A DNA stretch of 63,934 nucleotides, counting the filler, from Ministeria vibrans ATCC 50519 (lineage: Eukaryota > Protista > Filasterea), in assembly GCA_943704425.1 (NCBI GenBank). It is 7 parts of 7 records of this genome, joined end to end, with 100 filler letters (N's around TTAATTAATTAA, not from the genome) between each part and the next. Parts side by side here need not be neighbours in the genome. Positions count along the whole stretch, not along the records: positions 53,528 to 58,475 come from CALSCP010002124.1; positions 58,576 to 60,090 come from CALSCP010000652.1; positions 60,191 to 62,781 come from CALSCP010000873.1; positions 62,882 to 63,934 come from CALSCP010001094.1; 3 more parts are not named here. The stretch is one strand, 5' to 3'. The notes under the pieces are model-generated. The model was not told the origin of the DNA. It saw only the letters and a program-made list of their open reading frames with translations, and searched no databases. Numbering within the stretch: the first letter of the stretch is position 1; each line of letters starts with the position of its first letter. This document shows, in pieces, positions 55,604 through 63,934 of this stretch. The translations under genes were made by a program, and so were the position numbers.

Positions 55604-56656
55604 AGTCGAATGTTTCCCCGACGACGCCATCGTCACGCTGCAGTCGGGCGAAGAGCGTCGGATGGATCAGATCGAGATTGGCGACGAGGTGCGTTGCCTC
55701 AAGGGCAACCAAGTGAGCTCGTGCACTGTCACCACCTTCACCGACCGCATGGTGGGCAAACCAAGCGTGTTCCATCGCCTTGTGCACGCTCACGGTGCAC
55801 TGGAGCTTTCGCGACGTCACATGGTCTACGTGGTGCCGACGAACATCACGGCGACGTGCCGCCAGGTCGAGATTGACGACGCGGCGCTGTCGCCGATGCC
55901 GCACGCCAACGCCTGCTACACGTATGCCGAGCGGGTGCGTGTTGGCGACCGCATTGCCGTCTTCTCCAAGGACGCCACGGTGATGACTCTGGAGCCTGTC
56001 GCGGCCATTGAGACCGTGAGCAAGACGGGCATCATTTCGCCGATGACCACTGGAGGAGGTACTATTTTTGAGAGGACGCAAACTTTGAGAGATCGAGGAG
56101 GGATATATACACCCTCAAGGCGAGAGAGAGAGAGAGAGCACAAAATTAATGGTGTACTTTCGCTTTACTTTGCTGTCATCGTTTAGCTCGCATCATTGTC
56201 AACAATGTGCTGACCACGTGCATCAGTGATGCGCCGGCGGGCGAAGTGCGCTCTGTGCTGTTCTTGCTGCCGCTGACTCAGTCGCTGGACACGCGTCGTG
56301 CCCAGGACATCCACGGGATCCATCCGTACTGCCAGCCCTTCCTGAGCAGCGTTCCTTTGCTCAAGGAAGCGTACGAGTCGGGGGCGGTTGATCCGCTGAC
56401 GATGGCGCGTGCGCTGCAGCGGGTCAATGGGACTGGCGAGCTGGTTGAGTTTGCCGACATCTCGGCGTACTCGGTGCTGCACCAGTCGCTGGGACTGCCC
56501 GTCGACAGCACCGTCGCGTGGCTGGCCAAGCCGGTGTTGCGCACTTTGTTTGCAGCTCTCGAGTGGACTGTGGGCCGCGAGTCCATGGTTGACTCGATGA
56601 ATCGTCGTCTGGCGCTGCTTCTTCACAAGCAGTCAAAGTTTTTCAGTTCAACATGA
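55604..56656 (+). CDS. Hedgehog-type Hint/Hog autoprocessing domain protein, C-terminal part (N-terminus in gap)
   Basis: CFPDDAIVTLQSGEERRMDQIEIGDEV, FTDR, LELSRRHMVYV, AERVRVGD, GIISPMT, IIVNNVLTTC and GIHPY; intron 56059-56186 keeps frame. Confidence 0.92.
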
Positions 56657-56776
56657 ATGAAGTCAAAACGTTTTACGACTTAAGCGGAGATTAAGTTCCC
56701 CTATTAGAGGGTATGGCGTACCGTTGCGATTGCCTCTCTGGGATAAAGACGACGATCAATCGACATACCTCTGACG

Positions 56777-57667
56777 TACCACTGCTCTTCCATGGGATAC
56801 CTCGAGCTCCTACTTGGAGTGTCAGCTGAGTTCGCAAATTACGGCGGTCTGTTCGCGATTTGCACGTTAATGTCTCTAGTTTGCGCGGCGACTCCTCGCT
56901 TTATATATTATGGGAGGCGTCATAGTGCACGTCCATGGACACACCTTCACGCTCCAAAGAGTATCGAATGCCGAAACACAACCATGTCACCACAAGGGGG
57001 ACGATATTGATCACGATGATACATTTCGGGAACAACTCAGTTCAGGGATGAGAAATAATATCCTCGGAGTAACGTTGAGAGCAGAAGACTCCCACACACT
57101 GGCGCGCACGAGAGGTCGCCGGCCTGGGCGGAGATTAATTTGAGCTTAGTTCTGGTTTCAGGCGGAGGCTGTGGTGATGCGGAGTTCCAGGCAGGGGGCA
57201 GACTCTTCGGAGACTTTGTTCGGATCTCTCGGCCGGATCTATATTTGTCTTAACGTTTTCCGGAAGTAGAGGTTATAAACCCCACGCACGAAGGCGTCTG
57301 TCGAAAGGAGGGGCGGGAGACGGGGCAGAGCACGAGATGCACTTGTCGAGAACTAGGAAGCCGCATAGAAACCGCCATCAATTTCATACGAACCGCATTC
57401 TTCCCGCAATTTTCCCACACCTTGCATGGGGGTTCCGAGCGATAGCACTAATTCATATATGCATGTTGTTTTTTCAAATTTTTCTCACGTCTTCAAATCA
57501 GGCCTGGGGCCCCGACCCTCTTCACCGCCCCTGGGCTAGCTAGTAGCTGGATATGCACCCTGCCGGCTTGCCCGAAAAATGAAGTGTCCGGGGGTTTGCT
57601 CTCGTATAGGATCATAGATTTCTCCTTGTGGTTAGTATTTGAGATCTTTGAAAATCGCACTTGGACT
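56777..57667. mobile_element. Dispersed element, copy 2
   Basis: Same end blocks as 53528-54279 in direct orientation, with an unrelated interior. Confidence 0.55.
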
Positions 57668-57702
57668 CTACTCACTCTCATTCGTCTTCTCTCGAACTCA
57701 CC

Positions 57703-58475
57703 ATGCAAAGCATTCTCTTCAATATCTTGCTTGTGTCAGTTGTGTGTCTCTCTATTGGCTGCGTTAGTGCCGATGCTGATCCTCACGCGCGAATGAAGTA
57801 AGTATTACTTTTCCTTATTGCAATTTCTCGCAATTTCAGCGCATCACGCGCTGCCCGTCCGTGTGTGTGTGTGTGTGTTACGCAATGGCTGTAATGCGCA
57901 AAAGTTACAGACTGGCGGTAATATCGTCCTTTGGAAACATGTGGTTGAAGGAAGAGAGAGAGGAGGAAGAAAAAGATCAAAAAAAGAGAAGTAAAAAGCA
58001 GTGCAGTGCCGTCTGAGCGTCCTCGGCTGTGACAAACGCACAGTTGACTCCGCTGTGGCTCATTATGACGTTGTATCTCTGCCGTTCTTGTGTTTTACTA
58101 TGCCTCACTGTTTTTCACTTTCGTTTTTTTTTTTCGTTTTTTTGTTTGTTCTTTTTTGTTACTTCAGAGTTGACCTGTACTGCAGCACCACGGGCGCGGC
58201 CGTCACTGCAACGCAGACCTCTGCGTTAACAGCGCGCTACATGCAAACCTACGTTAAAGCGCTTGCCACCAATCATTATTTTGTTCGTGTTGACATGACG
58301 TTACTCTACGGCGGACTGGACGGTGTTCTGTCGGCTGTCATCCAGATCGGATCCGACACGGCCGTTACGGTGACGTGGTTGAAGAACGGAGCACCTGAGT
58401 TTGATGTTGACGATGCCTCTGACGCAACCCTGTCGCCAGGCGGCGTCTCGACGGTGGCTGGCGGCTCGTGCGTCC
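57703..58475 (+). CDS. Secreted protein, 5' fragment truncated by a gap
   Basis: Signal peptide MQSILFNILLVSVVCLSIGCVSA ending at a GTAAGT donor; a later exon reads VDLYCSTTGAAVTATQTSALTARYMQ...GGSCV. Confidence 0.55.
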
Positions 58476-58608
58476 NNNNNNNNNNNNNNNNNNNNNNNNN
58501 NNNNNNNNNNNNNNNNNNNTTAATTAATTAANNNNNNNNNNNNNNNNNNNNNNNNNNNNNNNNNNNNNNNNNNNNAAAGAAAAAAAAAAAAAAAAAAAAA
58601 AAAAGTAC

Positions 58609-58738
58609 CGAGAAGAATGGAAATGCCACTCTCGTGCATAAAGCGCGAGCGATACACTTTGAATATCCATACAATGCCAATCACGCCCATCATCATCACG
58701 ATCATCGTCAAAAGCGCCACAGAGTCCTCCGTGTGCGT
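58609..58738 (-). CDS. Exon of an endosomal-type Na+/H+ exchanger (NHE6-9/NHX-like); rest truncated by gap or unresolved
   Basis: HTEDSVALLTMIVMMMGVIGIVWIFKVYRSRFMHESGISILLG matches the TM1-2 signature (DSxxLL...WxFK...RFxHExG), bounded by AG/GT. Confidence 0.8.
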
Positions 58739-59611
58739 CTGGGTGGAGTAGAGAGAAGAGTATCAATCAAAAGTGTACGAAAAGCGCGATGCTTCGCTGA
58801 GAACCCCTCCCCCACACAATGCAGAACAGCTACTTAGAAATAAACATCAAGGAAAAGCGCAAGACAAGACGTTGCAGGGAAGAGAGAGAGAGACAGACAG
58901 ACAGACAGAGGAGACGTAAAAAAGAAATAGATCAACGTTGACTCTCTCCGCCATCAGAGGCATTCAAATAGCCAGCTGTGTCCTCGATCGTCGACAAAGT
59001 CCACAGGCGTGTCGGTGAGCAAGCGGATTGTGGCAAAAGCGTGTCGGGATTGACGCCAATGCCGCGACGAAAACGAAACGACAACAACTCGCCTTTCTGC
59101 GCACAGTGCGACACGCGCTCGACTCCCCAGCGTTCCCCGTCCCCACACAACACAGCACGCGCAAGGAATGTGATATCGGGGACGCTGGAACAGCCGTATT
59201 TTGGGACGCACGGGAGAAGGCAAGAAAGTGCGAACGACTTCCGATCACCGGAACAACACGCAATAAAAGAGGACGAGAGCAGAGTCTTTCATCGACATCA
59301 TATGCAACACCATGTAGGATGTCGGCGTGAGGGCGAACCAGCCCTCGCCACACTGGTGGAGTGAGTTCGCGCGACGAAATAACGCGTTTTTTAACGGTAC
59401 CTCTTCGACGATCACGTCGGGATCCACCGAGAGCAAGTGGCGAGCGGACATGATCCAACAGCGACACAAAAAATATAATAATAATAATATTATGACTTTT
59501 TATTTTTATTCTTATTTTTATTTTTCCGTTCGTTTCGATCGTTTGACTTTTGACCCGTTTCGATTTTTCGACGAATATTTTTTTTTCTTTCTCCCTACCT
59601 CTATTGTCGCA

Positions 59612-59703
59612 ATGGGTCGCTCAGCAATTCACCGAAAGAAGAAATATGTGATCAACAAGAAGTCAAAGCGTTCAAACTCCACGTCGCAACATCGCCATTA
59701 CAA
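59612..59703 (+). CDS. First exon of a basic protein (possibly a ZNF593/Bud20-like ribosome-biogenesis factor)
   Basis: MGRSAIHRKKKYVINKKSKRSNSTSQHRHY followed by a GTAAG donor; identity guessed from N-terminal character only. Confidence 0.35.
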
Positions 59704-60190
59704 GTAAGAATGGCTTTTCGGTTTTGTGCCACGCGTGGACAGACACTGCGGGCGCGTCGTGACACTGCATGTGCACTGGGTGTGCCGTTGGCGTGCGTTT
59801 CATGTGGTACCAAGTCGTGGTGGCGGTGGGGGTGGTGTTGGAATGAGCTGTGCGACGAACACACTAACCGGTGTCGTTTTGCTCTCGGTTTTGCTCTCGT
59901 CTCCCTCTTACTCACTCACCCACTCTCTGTCTGTCTCTGTCTGTTTCTGTCTCTCTCTCTATCACTTTGTTTCTTTCTCCTTCTCTCTCTCTCTATCACT
60001 TTGTTTCTTTCTCCTTCTCTCTCTCTCTCTCTATCACTTTGTTTCTTTCTCCTTCTCTCTCTCTCTCTCTATCACTTTGTTTCTTTCTCCNNNNNNNNNN
60101 NNNNNNNNNNNNNNNNNNNNNNNNNNNNNNNNNNTTAATTAATTAANNNNNNNNNNNNNNNNNNNNNNNNNNNNNNNNNNNNNNNNNNNN

Positions 60191-61068
60191 TTTGTCTCAC
60201 CTGCTGTGGTCTGTATCGTCGCGATGTGAGCTACGAAGATCGCGAGGACCGCCGTAATGCTTGCACTAGCAAGCACACCATTGTTGAGCAGGCGACACCG
60301 CGGAGTAGTTTAGGCAGTCGCAAGTCAGGCTTTGGCGGCTCTAATACGAGTTTCTCTCTCGTGCCCACCATCAACATGATGGAAGCGAATCTGGTGTCGA
60401 GCGGTCGGGGTGGGATGCAGGCGCACGAAAGCTGGCGCGACGTATCCACGGGCATGTCCACGAGTCACTTACGTAACTTCGGCGGGGGCGTGCCCGACCT
60501 GGTTTTGCTCACCAATGAGGATCTCACCGATGACCACGCGCAGTTTGGACTGACTGTTCGCAGTCGCGCGCACATCCTGCGCCGTCCGTTACTGTTTGAC
60601 CGACTGAAGGAATTGGTAGTGGGGACCAGCGCGCACTCCGTAGATTGCTCCTTGTCTTCTGCAAATGCCACACCCAGTGGGGTCAACAATGCTGTCACGT
60701 ACGGCGCCACGATCAGCACAGAGGCGCCAGACTCAGCGTCGAGTCGCAACACTAGCATCTCTGAATCACTGCGTTCACACCAGATGTTGCTTGATCCTCG
60801 TCGTCCTTCGCTCATTGCTGATCGTCTGTGCTGGTCTTCGTCTCGTTCATCGTTCCATCACGCCGAGAGCACCGAGAGTCTTGATCGAGCGCTTGGTATT
60901 TCCGTCAAGAAACACCCAGCGTCGCGCGCCAATCCGGCAGAAGAACTGATTCCTATGCGCGACCTCGCCAACGAGCCTTTGACTACTGTTGACACGGGCC
61001 ATGTTTGGTTTGGCGAGCGGCTTCAGCGCAATACGTCTCCCAAAGACTCAATCTGGGAGGAAATTTAA
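60191..61068 (+). CDS. C-terminal fragment of an unknown Ser-rich protein
   Basis: At least 280 open codons after the gap, ending KDSIWEEI*; no family recognised. Confidence 0.6.
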
Positions 61069-62137
61069 GCAGTGTTCCTGAGAGAGGGAAGAATATATAG
61101 AGAGTGATAAGTGATAAGTGAGAGTGAGAGTGAATGTCAATGAGAGGGAGAGTGTGTACATGAGACTGATTGTGTGTGCGTTGCTTGTGCTGGTGCGACA
61201 CAGTCCAGTGTTTTTTTGTAGTGGCATATTTGACTATTTTCATCCATTTCATTAAAGTAAACATAAACTCATGACTGTAACGTTTACATCTCAAAGTCGA
61301 AGTATCACAGAGAGAAATGTGATACTGTATGCGCAAAAATAACTGTATGTCAAACAGCGACAGCACAGAATCACCATATGAACTGCGAAGAGGTTGTGAA
61401 GCAGAGCGGAGACATAATAATTATTATGTGTAATGATAAAAATAAGACAGTGAGAGTTCAGTGAGAGTACTCAGATTTGATCCAAGCGGAGTACAGTGGA
61501 AACAATGTTGGAGTGGGCACACCCGGGCGTGATATCTCAAGCAGCGACGATGAAACCCATCGTAGCCGCGACGCAAATGGTGTCTATTGTTTATACGACG
61601 GGTTGACTTGTCAGAATAAGGTTGCCAGTTTCCACTGTTATCCTTTTGGGTCGCGCTCTTTAGTTCATGAATTATTGTTAGCGAGTCGTTAGTCGTTACA
61701 CTTGAAGACACCTCGTTGTGTCTTGAGGCTAATGATGCTAATGATCAGCGAGGAACCGTAGATCTCACAGAATTGAAAATACTCAGTCAGAAACCTGTCA
61801 AGTGGAGATTTCCCTTTTGAGCCACCCAAAAACAACCCTTCCGCTAAGATCGAGAGGATCGGGAGGACCGCTGACACCTACACACACCTCGTTGTGCCTT
61901 GAGGCCAATGATTAACGACCAGTCTGAGATTTGGTTCCCGATTGATAAGAGAGATAAGGCCCAGGAATGAGGCACCACGTCAGAATAAATAAGTCCCTTC
62001 CCTAAAGAATAACGGATAACCGATAACCGATAACCACCAATTTTTTTGAAGACCACACTGGCTGTTTAGTGTGACTCAGAGCAGTCCGACAGCCTCCAGT
62101 TCTAGTTTCGAACTTTAGACAGCGCGAGAGAGAGACA

Positions 62138-62781
62138 ATGAGACGTTTAGCGCTGCTCGTGCTCGTTTCCCACTTTCTCGTCCCACTCGGTACGCCGTCC
62201 TTTCTTGCTAGCCACGCTCCCGCATGCCACTACTCTACTGAGCATCTCTTCACACGCAAACACCTGCAGTGTTCTCGCAATGTCTCTGAAAGCTGATTTT
62301 TTCTCGAATTTTTTCTCTCTTTAGTGTGCTCTGCGGCCGTTCCAGCCACTGTCTTGTCGGGGCTGAATGCCCAGACATTGGCGGGCTCGTCGGTCGCCCT
62401 GGGCCTCAGTGTCTCCAACAGCGGAACGGAGGTTGGTTACAGGTAGGAAGCGTTGTGGCTGATGTTGGGGAAATGGAGCCCGATACAACGGAGATGGCAT
62501 CGGAGTTACCGTGGCAAAGCAACCACGAGGGTATCTTGCGTATGTGTGTGGTGTCTTGTGGTGGAAAATGGCACAGCGGTGACGTTTTGCGTTGTGGGTT
62601 TCGTTCTGACGATGTCATGACTTTCTGACGTGGGAACCTGTGAATGGCGACCCTGTTTTGTGTCCAAACGAAGAGATCCTTCTCTAAGTCTCATCTTCTG
62701 CATGTCCGTAGACCATTTCTCGACCTGGCCATTCCCACGGAGCAAATTACAGGAGTGTCAAGCCCGACTGCCTTTGGCGCT
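62138..62781 (+). CDS. Secreted/surface protein 5' fragment with an Ig-like (DUF11-type) first domain
   Basis: Three in-frame exons: MRRLALLVLVSHFLVPL|VCSAAVPATVLSGLNAQTLAGSSVALGLSVSNSGTEVGY|RPFLDLAIPTEQITGVSSPTAFGA. Confidence 0.55.
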
Positions 62782-62881
62782 NNNNNNNNNNNNNNNNNNN
62801 NNNNNNNNNNNNNNNNNNNNNNNNNTTAATTAATTAANNNNNNNNNNNNNNNNNNNNNNNNNNNNNNNNNNNNNNNNNNNN

Positions 62882-63934
62882 TGCCGCCGGGACACACGAC
62901 GGGCGCAGCACCTCCGGCGCAGGTTGAGCCGGCCGGACACGCAATGCAGGAGGTCTTGCCAGTGGCAGGCTGGTACTGGCCGCCTGGGCAGGGGGTACGC
63001 ACGCCGCTGTTGCACTTGTGGTGGACAGGACAGGCTCCACACACGGACTTGCCGGTGGTATCGGTGTACTTGCCGGCGGCACACGTGAGGCGGTTGCCGC
63101 CAACACAGTAGCTGTTGGTGGTACAGGTGGTACACGACGACTGGCCCGTTGCCAGCTGGTACTGACCAGCGGCGCACACGACAGCCTTGCCGCTGCTGCC
63201 GGCACAATAGTGGTAGATAGGGCAGGAAGCGCAGACCGAGGCGCCCGTGCTGCTGGTATGAGTTCCAGCGGAACAGCTCTTGATGCTGCCACCTGTACAA
63301 TACTTGTTGATGGGACAAGCATCGCAGGTGGGATCGCCAGCAGTAGTGGTGGCTGTGCCTGCAGCACAGGTGGTGCACGCACTGGCACCCGCTGAAGAGG
63401 ACGTCGTGGCGGCGCAAGCGGTCTTGACACCGCCCACGCAAGAGCTGCCAGCGGGGCACGAGATGCACGAGGACTGTGCTGTCTGTGTTTGGTACTGACC
63501 AGCAATGCACGTTTTGCAGGCAGTCTGACCCACCGAGTTCTGGTACTGCGTGGCGGGGCACGCGGTGCGTGCGCCATCGACACACTTGTAGCCCGCTTCG
63601 CACCTGACGCACGATGTGCCGGAAATGTAGAAGCCAGTGTCGCAGCCGGTCTTGACGCCATCGACGCAGATTGAGCCAGAGGGGCATGCCAAGCAGCCAG
63701 TGTTGGCCGTGCCCTCCGAGTAGGTTCCCAAGGGGCACGTGGGGCACGTTGCCTGACCGGTTTGGCTCTGGTAAGTGGCAGCAGGGCAAGCGGTTTGGGA
63801 GGTGTGTGGCGAGGGGCACTTGTAGCCCTTGGAGCAAGTGGTGCACGCATAGGCGCCAGTGGACGAAGTGTAAGTACCATCAAGGCAGCCTGAGCGAAGA
63901 CCATTCACGCACTTGTAGCCCTTTTGACAAAGGG
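62882..63934 (-). CDS. Cys-rich extracellular repeat protein (ephrin-receptor-like / GCC2-GCC3 repeats), internal fragment
   Basis: Recurrent CPAxTYQxxTGQxxCxxCPxG units over about 350 aa. Confidence 0.88.

Noticed and set aside
54564-56186. 540-aa ORF spanning the long gap
   Set aside because: Open only because of Ns; the N-terminal segment cannot be linked to the Hint domain.
55611-56230. Intein or mobile protein-splicing element
   Set aside because: No C-terminal His-Asn/Cys-Ser-Thr junction or homing endonuclease; the motifs are Hedgehog/Hog type.

Overview
Gene-dense, intron-rich eukaryotic scaffold with short GT-AG introns, intronic (CT)n/(CA)n microsatellites and several N-gaps bridged by an artificial TTAATTAATTAA linker. 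The gene content (UBR5, LZIC, G-patch CMTR1, SKP2, a BTK-type zinc finger, a Hog domain) suggests a unicellular relative of animals; this is inference. Gene models were assembled by eye from splice sites and protein motifs, and family calls rest on remembered motifs, not searches. Housekeeping genes include spermidine synthase, LZIC, an NMNAT-like transferase, PEX2, mitochondrial S9, UBR5, CMTR1, SKP2, a MARK-like kinase, CTF18, CANT1 apyrase, a LIM protein, DDAH and meiotic SHOC1. The standout locus is 37531-40790 (-): one spliced gene joining an MLKL-like N-terminal four-helix domain, a kinase with intact catalytic motifs, and at least 13 near-identical 123-bp armadillo repeats. The repeat variation is concentrated at predicted peptide-binding groove positions and shuffled in blocks, making this a candidate recombination-diversified sensor-kinase-executioner immune/cell-death receptor. 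A second unusual gene at 20628-24266 fuses a caspase-like C14 protease to a PH domain and a BTK zinc finger. Also present are a Hedgehog-type Hog domain flanked by a duplicated element with conserved ends and different interiors, two abutting satellite arrays, and a UBR5 carrying lectin-like, SH3 and C2H2 insertions.
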